A stretch of 64,000 nucleotides of DNA, taken from positions 1 to 64,000 of the IMG/VR virus record IMGVR_UViG_3300035419_000202, one strand, 5' to 3'. The translations under genes and the position numbers were made by a program. Within the stretch, counting starts at the first letter, position 1. Every line of letters starts with the position of its first letter. Source of the DNA: a virus. Lineage: Duplodnaviria; Caudoviricetes. The notes beneath the pieces are model-generated. The model did not search any database. It was not told the DNA's origin and worked only from the letters and a program-made list of their open reading frames with translations. Below, in pieces: positions 45,269 through 54,934 of the stretch.

Positions 45269-46484
45269 TTAAATCAAAAGTTTTTATAACTTGTTCCTTA
45301 ATTGTATCGAATACTAGTACAGTTTGAAACGAATCACTTTCGCCGTATGGAAATGCATATATGATATCGTTAATAATTACACATTGGTTGTATTTTTCAA
45401 TAGTAGTGTTGTCTGTAAAATGTTCACTTACATCAATAGTGTATGTTTCATTTGTTTCTGTATCTATAACTAATACTTCTGCTAAGTCTCCTTGACTCTT
45501 CCAAGTGTCAACAGGTTCACAAACACAGCCGCCTCTAGGTATATAATATATTTTACGTTGGCTGTTTTCTAATCCAGCAAAATATTTTTTACTTTCTTTG
45601 CCAATGCCAAGGTCTTTTGTATAGTGTTCTCCGTTAGCAAGTATAACTAACATTTCACTCCAGTCTTCGTCATGCCCTGCCGGCGGAAAATAAATGTTAC
45701 CGTTGGTTGCTACAGTGTGCGAATAATATTTTCTACTAGTGCCTTTTATCCCTGTTCGTATACTTCCCCAAGCACCGTTGTATTTTAACATAATATCGAA
45801 GTTTGGATTTTCACTGTATGGCGGAGCATACAATGTTCCATTACTATTAGCAAGGGTAGTAAATTTTTTATTTGTCATTGGCTCACTATCATAGTCTTGC
45901 CAATGGTTGCTTAGGTCAGTAAGTTTGTATGTTAATGAATCACAGTCAAACTCGATACATTCTGAAAAATAATTATCTAAGTTTTCGCCACGTGGAACGC
46001 CTATAATTTTATTACCTAGTAGCTGCGTAGTATGCCATTTCTTTGCATCACTTGCTGATTTAATATTTACATATGATCTAGTATATGTTTCTGTGTCAAT
46101 AGATATTGCCCAACTAAAATCATTATGTTCACCATAGGGTAACGCAAATATACTGTTACCGTATACATGCGGACATAACCATTTACCTTTGTCGTCAAAT
46201 GTATCAAGGTACTTAATGTCATTTGTCTTTGTATCTACAACTAGTATGTTACTTTCGTTATATGGTAAAAAGAATATTTTATCTCCAACAACTACTCCAC
46301 GTTGCCATTTTTCAAAACTGTCGTCTACTTGTAACTGTATTTTTTCAAATGAATCTGTATCAGTGTCAAACACTAGCATGTAGTCTACAACACTGTCTAA
46401 TCCGTAAGGGGGAATGTATATTTTATTTTTATATACTGTAGGATAACTAAAACTTTGAGGGGTCAAATTTATCTCCAAATGCAC
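45258..46484 (-). CDS. Beta-propeller repeat protein, 408 aa (paralog)
   Basis: Repeats IYIPPYG, IFFLPYN, IFALPYG, IIGVPRG, LYAPPYS, IYFPPAG, IYYIPRG, IYAFPYG. Confidence 0.65.
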   Translation of the reverse strand: MHLEINLTPQSFSYPTVYKNKIYIPPYGLDSVVDYMLVFDTDTDSFEKIQLQVDDSFEKWQRGVVVGDKIFFLPYNESNILVVDTKTNDIKYLDTFDDKGKWLCPHVYGNSIFALPYGEHNDFSWAISIDTETYTRSYVNIKSASDAKKWHTTQLLGNKIIGVPRGENLDNYFSECIEFDCDSLTYKLTDLSNHWQDYDSEPMTNKKFTTLANSNGTLYAPPYSENPNFDIMLKYNGAWGSIRTGIKGTSRKYYSHTVATNGNIYFPPAGHDEDWSEMLVILANGEHYTKDLGIGKESKKYFAGLENSQRKIYYIPRGGCVCEPVDTWKSQGDLAEVLVIDTETNETYTIDVSEHFTDNTTIEKYNQCVIINDIIYAFPYGESDSFQTVLVFDTIKEQVIKTFDLNDV

Positions 46485-46902
46485 TACGTAAATCTTTCTG
46501 CATTTTCTCTATAACCATATGTTTAGGATATACATTACAATTATCCCAATCAATCATGTACATGTCATCACCGTTAACAATTATATTACTTAACACCCAA
46601 TCGCCATGCACATATGGTAAAGTTTGCTCAATATTGTCTAAACAAAATTTATACACTTTTTCTATAAATTCTGGTGTGTGTTCTAGTGTACTTGCTGGAA
46701 CTCCTTCTATCTCTTTTGTATCTAACCACATGCACTCGTCGTTGTGTCCATGGTATACAACATAATCAGGAACAATATTTTTAAGCATTTTTACGTGTTC
46801 GTCTAGCCATATTGTATCTACAAAGTGCCATAGTTTTCTATAGTAACCGTCACCTTTATAAACACTTCTCTTTTTTTGTTTATTTGTTTTAATTAAGTCC
46901 AT
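46447..46902 (-). CDS. Small APH/choline-kinase-like phosphotransferase
   Basis: HGDWVLSN (HxDxxxxN) and IDWD motifs. Confidence 0.7.
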   Translation of the reverse strand: MDLIKTNKQKKRSVYKGDGYYRKLWHFVDTIWLDEHVKMLKNIVPDYVVYHGHNDECMWLDTKEIEGVPASTLEHTPEFIEKVYKFCLDNIEQTLPYVHGDWVLSNIIVNGDDMYMIDWDNCNVYPKHMVIEKMQKDLRSAFGDKFDPSKF

Positions 46903-47923
46903 ATGCTTTTGCTACCGGAGGTAGGTAATCCTTTATATACATTTTACGCCAACTATCCAACTTAGTAATATTGTATTTAAATTCTTCTTGTTTTAGCAAG
47001 TTAGCAGGTTCATTCATCCATTTATCTACACCTTGAAATTGTGCTTTTAATTCGTCGGGTGCATTTTTAACATGTAACCAATCAGGAGTCATAAGTAAAT
47101 TTTCAAAGATACTCCAGTTGCGTTTGTCTGCATATTCTTTTATGTCGTCATAGAACCATGCGTTCAAAGTACTAATAGTAGGACTTATATCAACTTTACA
47201 AAAGTCAGCCCAACGTTTTGCATTTTCTTCTGCTTCTTTCCATTTAGTGCCGTGTCTAATATAGTTTATACGATCGTCAGTAGCATCTAAACTAAAACTC
47301 ATAATAACCATATTAAATTTTCTAAGTAACTTTTCTAATTTAGGATTCCAAATTGTACAGTTAGTATTAAAACGTATTATTGTTTCTGGGTCTAATCTTT
47401 CTAAAAATCTAGGCAAGTGTTTTACCATCATAGGTTCACCGCCGGTCATGTATACTTCATTAATTGGTAGATCAAGTAATTTATCAAATGCTGTGTCATC
47501 TGCCCAATTAAAATGCGGAACATCTAATACACCGTGTAGCGGTGTAACACCTGCTTTCTGCATAGCAACTGCTTCTTCTGCTATTGAACTAGAACTCATG
47601 TGCCAACAACTAATACATTTTAAATTACAACTATTGCCTAAACGTAAATCTAAATGACTGAGTCCTGGACCGTATCTTCTTTCTTTTTGACGTTGACTTT
47701 GTAGGCCGTGTTCTTCCATTTCTTTGCAACGCCTACAAGCATCAGGCCATTCACCGCTTGCCATTTGCTCTCTAATACCTCTATGGAAATCACTGTCGTG
47801 CCATTCTTGCGGTGTGTGTGTTTTGATATTGTATTCGCCCTCAGGTTCTAAGCTCATACAGCACAATCTATATGATCCATTAGTACCTACATTGATTTGA
47901 TTATCAAGATATTTACATCTCAC
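46889..47923 (-). CDS. Radical SAM enzyme with N-terminal twitch-like domain
   Basis: CKY...RLCC...CRRC; CNLKCISC; TGGEP; likely GTG start at 47923 with AAGGAG at 47935-47940. Confidence 0.88.
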   Translation of the reverse strand: MRCKYLDNQINVGTNGSYRLCCMSLEPEGEYNIKTHTPQEWHDSDFHRGIREQMASGEWPDACRRCKEMEEHGLQSQRQKERRYGPGLSHLDLRLGNSCNLKCISCWHMSSSSIAEEAVAMQKAGVTPLHGVLDVPHFNWADDTAFDKLLDLPINEVYMTGGEPMMVKHLPRFLERLDPETIIRFNTNCTIWNPKLEKLLRKFNMVIMSFSLDATDDRINYIRHGTKWKEAEENAKRWADFCKVDISPTISTLNAWFYDDIKEYADKRNWSIFENLLMTPDWLHVKNAPDELKAQFQGVDKWMNEPANLLKQEEFKYNITKLDSWRKMYIKDYLPPVAKAYGLN

Positions 47924-47951
47924 GACTAAACACACTCCTTAAAAACTAGCA

Positions 47952-47963
47952 TAAGTATATTTA
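47952..47963. promoter_or_regulatory. Bidirectional late-promoter-like element TAAGTA/TATTTA between divergent operons
   Basis: TAAGTATATTTA gives TAAGTA on + and TAAATA on -, in the only divergent gap of the island. Confidence 0.5.
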
Positions 47964-47991
47964 ACACTACAGGGTAAAGAAAAAAGTAAAC

Positions 47992-48693
47992 ATGAACGCT
48001 GAATTAGAGAAGTACTTGTTAGAAAATGACAAGCAAATAGATATAACATATCCAGAACAATTCGATCCTAAATGGGTTGTAATGGAAAGCGGTTGGCCGT
48101 GTTTTAAATTAAGTGCATTAGACAATCAACCGTGGAAAGAAATGCACAAAGAAGCTGAAGCACTTGCAGATAAGTTTCATTTACATAGAGAAACTACATA
48201 TGGAAAAGGCTGGAAAAGCCTAACACTACATGGACTGAATGAAGATACCCAAACATTGAATAGTTATGGCGATAGACAAGAATCAATTAAACAGTTAGAT
48301 TGGACTTGGGTAGCAGATGAATGTCCTGTTACTAAAAAGTTTTTAACAGATGTATGGCCCGCGGAGTTTTTAAATCGTGTAAGGTTTATGTTACTTGAAC
48401 CAGGTGGATATATTCTTCCACATCAAGATAGATCAGATGAAGAAAAACGTTTGAGTGTTTGTAATATAAGTTTAAACAATCCTGAAGGTTGTAGATTTGT
48501 TTTTAAAGATCACGGCAGAGTTCCGTTTGATGATAATGGTAGTGCATACTTAATGGATATATCTAATGTTCATGCTGTATATAATAACAGTGATCAGCCA
48601 AGAATACATATGATTATACATTACGAACTTGGTAGACGTATTAGAGATTTTTTCTATGTCTTAAGAGCAAGTTACTATACTAACAGAGGGTAA
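47992..48693 (+). CDS. Asp/Asn beta-hydroxylase-like Fe(II)/2OG dioxygenase
   Basis: RVRFMLLEPGGYILPHQD...VHAVYN...RIHMII. Confidence 0.85.
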   Translation: MNAELEKYLLENDKQIDITYPEQFDPKWVVMESGWPCFKLSALDNQPWKEMHKEAEALADKFHLHRETTYGKGWKSLTLHGLNEDTQTLNSYGDRQESIKQLDWTWVADECPVTKKFLTDVWPAEFLNRVRFMLLEPGGYILPHQDRSDEEKRLSVCNISLNNPEGCRFVFKDHGRVPFDDNGSAYLMDISNVHAVYNNSDQPRIHMIIHYELGRRIRDFFYVLRASYYTNRG

Positions 48694-48694
48694 A

Positions 48695-50164
48695 ATGAAA
48701 GACTGGAATAGTATTACTATTGATCGCTATTACGAAGATCTAAAAATTGATAACAGAGTAGGCATCGGCATACTTAATATTAATCGTGATATAGATAATG
48801 CATGGCTACAAAAACGATGTTTTGATATGACTTATTTTTATATTAATCGTATGATTAAAATGGGCATGTGTAGTTATGTAGGATTTCATAAAACTGTTGA
48901 AGAAATATTAGAACAAAGTCTTCAAAAGAATAAAGAGTTTGCAATGATTGCATGTCAAGGATTGTTTTTATTTAGAGGACCTAGTTTAATAACTCAAAGT
49001 TTAAATTACTATGATAACAATAAAGACTTCTTTGCAATAGGTCATATAATGGACAAAGAAGCACAAACAGGAATGCAAGGTTCGTATCCTGGATTGCATA
49101 GACAATACCTATTTGTTAATTTACAAAAATGGGTAGAACTTGGCAAACCTAAGTTTGACGAAATGGGTGTATTTAGAGATAGAAAGCCTTTACTACAAAA
49201 TTACAAACTTAGTGAAGATACAGTACATAGCCATTATACTCCTAAGTGGATAGGTCCTGCAGACAATGCACAAGAAAAATATGTTGAGATTACAGCAGAC
49301 GGAAGTAACTGGATAGACATTGCTATACGTGCAGGCATAACTATAGATAATTTAACAAATGATATGCGTGATTGTAAAGTATTTTTATATCCATATGAGA
49401 ATACCCAGCAACTTGCAAATGCATGGCTTAACAAAGATCAAGACGAAGGCTTAAATCAAAGTCAAGCGGCTTGGATACGCAAACTTGGATATCAAGAATT
49501 TATAGAAAAAGATAGAGTATACGCATTTAATACAGAAACACTTTCAGGTGAGGGAGTAAGAACAGATGGTAAATTAATTGATCATTTGTTTAGTGCCGCC
49601 GCCGGCTTTAAGCCACTTGCTATATTAAACACAAACGGCTTTCATAAAGATACTACAGTAAATTATTTTGATTGGTGTGAAGCAAGTTTAAATTATAAAA
49701 AACACTTGCTAGAAACTTGGGATGGATATGATTTAGACAAATGGTTATTAGAACATGATCTTAAATATAACTTTAGTAGTACCTATAGAGGAAATTACAA
49801 AAAGTTTTGGGAACAAGAAGTTAAGGAACATGGAGGCAGAGAAGCGTTTAAAGAGTTATGGGATAGATACAGACAACTAAAACATACTTTTAATGTAGTA
49901 GACTTAGTAACACAACCTAACCAATTATTTGAACTAATAAATACTGCACAAGGAACAAAAGTACTGTGGACTACAAATATTTGGTCAAGCGAAATGCTCC
50001 AATGGAATGTAGAACCAGAACAACTTGAACAGCATTGGTTTAAATTTGAAGAAATGATTCCAGAAGACTTAGTGCTATATGGGCACGACTATGTCGCAAT
50101 GGATATGAGAGAAAGGTTAAGAAATGGAAAACACACAACACATCCAAGATTTGAGAATAATTAA
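48695..50164 (+). CDS. Hypothetical enzyme-like protein, 489 aa
   Basis: Long ORF in operon context; possibly GT-A-like N-terminal half and Rossmann-like C-terminal half, uncertain. Confidence 0.7.
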   Translation: MKDWNSITIDRYYEDLKIDNRVGIGILNINRDIDNAWLQKRCFDMTYFYINRMIKMGMCSYVGFHKTVEEILEQSLQKNKEFAMIACQGLFLFRGPSLITQSLNYYDNNKDFFAIGHIMDKEAQTGMQGSYPGLHRQYLFVNLQKWVELGKPKFDEMGVFRDRKPLLQNYKLSEDTVHSHYTPKWIGPADNAQEKYVEITADGSNWIDIAIRAGITIDNLTNDMRDCKVFLYPYENTQQLANAWLNKDQDEGLNQSQAAWIRKLGYQEFIEKDRVYAFNTETLSGEGVRTDGKLIDHLFSAAAGFKPLAILNTNGFHKDTTVNYFDWCEASLNYKKHLLETWDGYDLDKWLLEHDLKYNFSSTYRGNYKKFWEQEVKEHGGREAFKELWDRYRQLKHTFNVVDLVTQPNQLFELINTAQGTKVLWTTNIWSSEMLQWNVEPEQLEQHWFKFEEMIPEDLVLYGHDYVAMDMRERLRNGKHTTHPRFENN

Positions 50165-50873
50165 AGACTACGATCCTATTAATCACGGCTTAACTTACGA
50201 TTTCTTATATAACAATAACGATTGGGATATAATTGAACTTAACTATAATGTAGATGTTGAAAGTCTAAAAGCATGGTGGACTGACGTTAAAGAAAACTTT
50301 GATCACATGTTGTTTAACTTTAACAAGATGTCTGAAAAACTTAACTTAGAAAAAAGTAAAGAAATGGTAGAGCAAGGGTTTTGCGGTTACTATTGCGGAC
50401 CAATTGATGGTGTAACCCTAGCATGGCCTATAGAACGTTATGAAGCACTACCGCCTCCAGCACAATGTAATGCTGAAATGTATCCTGAAGTAGATTACGA
50501 TAACTTTATTAACGATGCAAAAATTATGCCTAAATTACACTTTGGTTATTTTAAACAGTTAGTAGAAGAATTAGGGTCAGATGCTTTTAGACAAGCAATC
50601 GTTACTAGACATCATCCAGGTATGTACATACGTCAACACATAGATAGTAAAGTACTTAAATTACATATTCCTATAGAAAGCAACAAAAACAGTTATTTCC
50701 ATTTTGGTGAAAACAAAGAACGCTCTTATCATATGAAAGAAGGTAAAGCATATATTCTTAACACTGGCGATTGGCACGGAACTACTAACGATAGTGACGA
50801 CTATAGATCTCATATTATTACAAGAGTAACTGAAGGCCATATCTTAAATGTAATAGGTATAACAAATGGATAA
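50124..50873 (+). CDS. Asp/Asn beta-hydroxylase-like Fe(II)/2OG dioxygenase
   Basis: PGMYIRQHID...LHIPI...WHGTTN...RSHII. Confidence 0.85.
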   Translation: MENTQHIQDLRIIKDYDPINHGLTYDFLYNNNDWDIIELNYNVDVESLKAWWTDVKENFDHMLFNFNKMSEKLNLEKSKEMVEQGFCGYYCGPIDGVTLAWPIERYEALPPPAQCNAEMYPEVDYDNFINDAKIMPKLHFGYFKQLVEELGSDAFRQAIVTRHHPGMYIRQHIDSKVLKLHIPIESNKNSYFHFGENKERSYHMKEGKAYILNTGDWHGTTNDSDDYRSHIITRVTEGHILNVIGITNG

Positions 50874-51609
50874 AGTTCTGCAACCTTCTCAAGTTGACTT
50901 GTCAGTTTTAGAAAGTTTAGAATGGGACATTATAATATTAGATAAAAAAATAGATGTTGAAAATTTACAACATTGGTATAATATTGTTATATCTAATTTA
51001 GACTACTTAAAATTTAATTTTCAAACATGCTCTGAGTACATAAAAGAATCTGTTAATAATAAATTTACTACTGATACAAATGATTATGAATGGGAACGTA
51101 ACAAAACCTACGAAGCATTAATTAATTCGTGGACATTAACTTGGCCAGCTCACAGAGATGTACCACTTCCGCCTCCTTGGGCTGCTGACATAGACTTTTT
51201 TACAGAATTAAAAAGTTACTTTGACAATAACGGTAATGTTATAAAGGACTTTGATTATAAAGATAATATATATCTTAGTCAATATAATTTTGGAGAATGG
51301 AAATCTATAGTAGAAGAAGTAGGCAACTATATTTACAATCCGCGTATTACACAACACCTGCCTGAACACATACTTCATCCGCACACAGATGGATACTGTG
51401 CTAGACTACACATTCCTATGACATATGATAATAGCAAATTTTACTGGGGAGAAAAATGGAACAGAGAATATAATTTTGAACCAGGAAATATTTACATTAT
51501 AAATTCTAGAGTTACGCACTCTACTACAAACTTTAGTCCTACATCAAGGGCAAATGTAATTGCTGATATACATAATAATAAATTTATGGATTTAGTAAAT
51601 TGGAAATGA
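50866..51609 (+). CDS. Asp/Asn beta-hydroxylase-like Fe(II)/2OG dioxygenase
   Basis: LHPHTD...RLHIPM...THSTTN...RANVI. Confidence 0.85.
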   Translation: MDKVLQPSQVDLSVLESLEWDIIILDKKIDVENLQHWYNIVISNLDYLKFNFQTCSEYIKESVNNKFTTDTNDYEWERNKTYEALINSWTLTWPAHRDVPLPPPWAADIDFFTELKSYFDNNGNVIKDFDYKDNIYLSQYNFGEWKSIVEEVGNYIYNPRITQHLPEHILHPHTDGYCARLHIPMTYDNSKFYWGEKWNREYNFEPGNIYIINSRVTHSTTNFSPTSRANVIADIHNNKFMDLVNWK

Positions 51610-52253
51610 AACGATATATAGAAGAACATCAAACAGTTGATTTAGGTTTTGACGTTAAACGTATATTTTGTGTTGATGTAAAAAAGTTACAGGACTGGTA
51701 TAATGATCTACAAGGAAATTACAAAGATTGGAAATTTGTTGTAGGAGAAAATCATCATGTGTGGCAGTTTCCAATTAGTGACCCTACTGGAGAGACTGGA
51801 CATATTATACCTGACGAAACTGGTTACTATACGTTATGCTGGAATAGTGACGAAGAAGGTCCTAAACCTTTTGAGCAAGGATGTGCAAAGCCAGAGTATA
51901 GAGACAATGACAACGATGAATTGAATCCTAGAAAATGTTTTACAGGATACGGATTAGACGTTGTAAAAAGTCTACCTTTTCGTAGTAAAAAATGGTTAGT
52001 AACTGAGCATGTAACTGGAACTAAATTGATCACACATCAAGATAGTCCTGATAAAATTAGAGTACATATTCCTATACACACTAACAAAGATAGTAATTGG
52101 ATTATAAACGGTAAAGAATATCATATGGAACCAGGTTGGGCATATCTTGTAAACACAACACTTCCTCATAGTGTTGAAAACAAAGGCACAACAGACAGAG
52201 TACACCTTTATGGTAAAGTGTGGACTGAGGACGTAAAAGCATGGTTAATGTAA
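51600..52253 (+). CDS. Asp/Asn beta-hydroxylase-like Fe(II)/2OG dioxygenase
   Basis: LITHQD...RVHIPI...PHSVEN...RVHLY. Exact start (51600 or 51606) uncertain. Confidence 0.85.
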   Translation: MEMKRYIEEHQTVDLGFDVKRIFCVDVKKLQDWYNDLQGNYKDWKFVVGENHHVWQFPISDPTGETGHIIPDETGYYTLCWNSDEEGPKPFEQGCAKPEYRDNDNDELNPRKCFTGYGLDVVKSLPFRSKKWLVTEHVTGTKLITHQDSPDKIRVHIPIHTNKDSNWIINGKEYHMEPGWAYLVNTTLPHSVENKGTTDRVHLYGKVWTEDVKAWLM

Positions 52254-52666
52254 AAACATATGCAATGAAAGATATGCACCCTATACCTAACAACGAATAT
52301 CTTATTGGTATACACAGTAATGGTAATTGGATACATTCTGAGCCTGTTATGGCAGATGCAGATAATGTTTTAAATTTAAAATTTGAGGATGTTGAAAAGA
52401 CAGGTTTAAAAGCAATCAAGTGGTACAATAACACACAACGAATAATACATGCTACAGCATGTAGCGATAAACAAGCAAAACAAATTATATATTTTGTACG
52501 CAAGATTCCTAAAAATGCAACACTACATGTATATTGTGCAAAAGGACAATCAAGAAGTGTTGCTGTTGCCAACTACGTTAAAAAGCATTATAATAACGAA
52601 ACAATAGATGACAGTGGTCATAACAAACATGTTTATAGTCTATTAGAAAGGTATCATGATGTTTGA
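52241..52666 (+). CDS. Cys-based (PTP/dual-specificity-like) phosphatase
   Basis: CX5R P-loop LHVYCAKGQSRS; upstream LKFEDV general-acid-like Asp. Confidence 0.75.
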   Translation: MVNVKTYAMKDMHPIPNNEYLIGIHSNGNWIHSEPVMADADNVLNLKFEDVEKTGLKAIKWYNNTQRIIHATACSDKQAKQIIYFVRKIPKNATLHVYCAKGQSRSVAVANYVKKHYNNETIDDSGHNKHVYSLLERYHDV

Positions 52667-53831
52667 TTTTGATATTAAAGAATTACCTAACTTTAAATTT
52701 TCGTTGCAAGAACTAAAAGACTATTATGCTAAAGTATCTCAGTATGACAATTTAAAGTGGCAACCAGATAGTACAAATACATTAGATCACAAAGTAAATG
52801 ATGTATACAGTTGGGCTATACAAAGTAATTTAAAGGATGCTACAAAGCCTTGTCCACCGTATGACATTAAACATGATACTGAAGTATTAGGCACGTTTGA
52901 TAACCCTACAGAGCTTGTATTTGGTTTTGGCAAGTATATTGTAGATGCAATACCCGATGTTAGGCAAACAGTTATAAGTGCCCATCCACCTAATACAGTT
53001 ATACAACAACATATAGATAATACTGAGTTTGTAAAAGTACATATACCTATACAGACAAATGATCAAAGTTATTTTGTATTTGGCGATTCAAAGTATAATT
53101 TACAAGAGGGTAAAGCATATCTTATTAATACTACTAATCAACATGGAACAATTAACCAAGGCGATACAGACAGAATACATTTAATATTTAAAATACCTAT
53201 CGACAATGTAGATGAACTACTAAACACAGATTGGATATTAGATCCAGCCCAAATAAACTTTGATTGTAAAAAAATAGAAAATGTAAAATTTAATTTTGAT
53301 GAACTTAAAGAATACTATAATGACCTTGTAGATAATTTTGACTACTTGAAATGGACAATGCCTGAAGTTTCAGGAACTAATCTTGAAGGATTATATGGTT
53401 ACGCAATATTAACTAATTGTGAAAACGTAGACGAACGTCCATTACCTCCGGGTATGCGTAAAGACAAAAAAGCATTTGATCCTATTATAAAACCTACTAA
53501 GATGCTCAAAGGGTTTGCTAAAAAACTATATGATCAAATTCCTTATATAGAAGAATTAGTAATTACTGGACATCCTCAAAATTCAGGAATACCCCCGCAT
53601 GCAGATAAAGATGAACATGTAAGAGTACATATTCCGTTGTATGCTAATAACGATTCGCATTTTATTATTAACGAACACCCGTATGTATTAGAACCTAATA
53701 ATGTTTACATTGTAAATACAAAACGCATACACACTACAATTAACAAAGGCTCTACAGATAGAATCCATTTACATTTTAAAATTCCCATAGGAAAAATAAA
53801 TATTTTTTTAAGGACACAAATAAACGTATGA
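52656..53831 (+). CDS. Tandem two-domain Asp/Asn beta-hydroxylase-like dioxygenase
   Basis: Two complete motif sets: IQQHID..VHIPI..QHGTIN..RIHLIF and IPPHAD..VHIPL..IHTTIN..RIHLHF. Confidence 0.85.
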   Translation: MMFDFDIKELPNFKFSLQELKDYYAKVSQYDNLKWQPDSTNTLDHKVNDVYSWAIQSNLKDATKPCPPYDIKHDTEVLGTFDNPTELVFGFGKYIVDAIPDVRQTVISAHPPNTVIQQHIDNTEFVKVHIPIQTNDQSYFVFGDSKYNLQEGKAYLINTTNQHGTINQGDTDRIHLIFKIPIDNVDELLNTDWILDPAQINFDCKKIENVKFNFDELKEYYNDLVDNFDYLKWTMPEVSGTNLEGLYGYAILTNCENVDERPLPPGMRKDKKAFDPIIKPTKMLKGFAKKLYDQIPYIEELVITGHPQNSGIPPHADKDEHVRVHIPLYANNDSHFIINEHPYVLEPNNVYIVNTKRIHTTINKGSTDRIHLHFKIPIGKINIFLRTQINV

Positions 53832-54934
53832 ATATAATTATTGTAGGCGGCGGAACAGCAGGTTGGATGACAGCCTCATACCTTTCTAAAAAGACTGACT
53901 GGGATATTACAGTTATCCAAAGTCAAGATATACCTATAATAGGTGTAGGTGAAAGTACACTGCCTAGTATGTATGACTTTATACATGATTGCGGATTAAC
54001 TGAGCAAGACTTATTTGATAATTGCAATGCGGTTCGTAAGTATACAATTAAACATAAAAACTGGCACGGCGAAAGTTGGTTCCATCATTTTTGTTTTGAT
54101 GAAACAGAACACGACGAACAAATGCGTTGGATGGAAAATTACGAGTTGCCAAATAAAAAATGGCGTCATGCATATCATATAGATGCAAATAAATTTGGTA
54201 TTATGTTGCGTGATAAAGTAGCATTGCCAAATGGTGTTAAATTAGAAACACGTACATTAGATAATATTGATGATTTACAAGCAGACTTGATTATTAATTG
54301 TACAGGATTTAATAAATTATTTCCTCAAAGAGAAATGGTTAGTACACGTCTTAAAAATAATTGTGCTGTAGTAGCACCTAGTTATGATAAAGAGTTAAAA
54401 TACTACACAGAAACAACTGCTATGAGTAACGGGTGGATGTGGAATATTTATTTACAAAATCGTATTGGTAATGGTTATGTGTTTAGTACAGAACATCAAA
54501 CAGTTGACGATGCTAAACGCGAGTTTATCGAAACATGTCCTTATAATCTTGAACTAGATAAAATGCGAGTATTACACTGGGAAAGTAAATATTGCCCAAC
54601 ACCGTATCAAGATAACATACTAAACATAGGGCTGAGTGCTGGATTTATTGAGCCTTTAGAAGCACAAGCAATTTGGCTAATACAATATCAGATTGAAATG
54701 CTAGTTAAACTATATGGTAAACAAAAAGTTTACAATAGACAATATGTTAAGATTGTAAAACATATTGAAGATTTTCTTGCATTGCATTATGAAGCAACAA
54801 GTAAGAATACACCATACTGGCAAAATGAAGTAAAAGAAATTGAAATTAAAAAGAAACCGTTTACTATTTTTGACGAATATAGTTTTAGGTGTTTAGCGAA
54901 CGGTTACGCTCTTCCATATACTTTGAAACATTAA
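53828..54934 (+). CDS. Flavin-dependent (tryptophan halogenase-family) halogenase, short form
   Basis: GGGTAGW, IGVGEST, candidate catalytic Lys in AVRKYTI, WMWNI (WxWxI), GFIEPLEA. Confidence 0.85.
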   Translation: MNIIIVGGGTAGWMTASYLSKKTDWDITVIQSQDIPIIGVGESTLPSMYDFIHDCGLTEQDLFDNCNAVRKYTIKHKNWHGESWFHHFCFDETEHDEQMRWMENYELPNKKWRHAYHIDANKFGIMLRDKVALPNGVKLETRTLDNIDDLQADLIINCTGFNKLFPQREMVSTRLKNNCAVVAPSYDKELKYYTETTAMSNGWMWNIYLQNRIGNGYVFSTEHQTVDDAKREFIETCPYNLELDKMRVLHWESKYCPTPYQDNILNIGLSAGFIEPLEAQAIWLIQYQIEMLVKLYGKQKVYNRQYVKIVKHIEDFLALHYEATSKNTPYWQNEVKEIEIKKKPFTIFDEYSFRCLANGYALPYTLKH

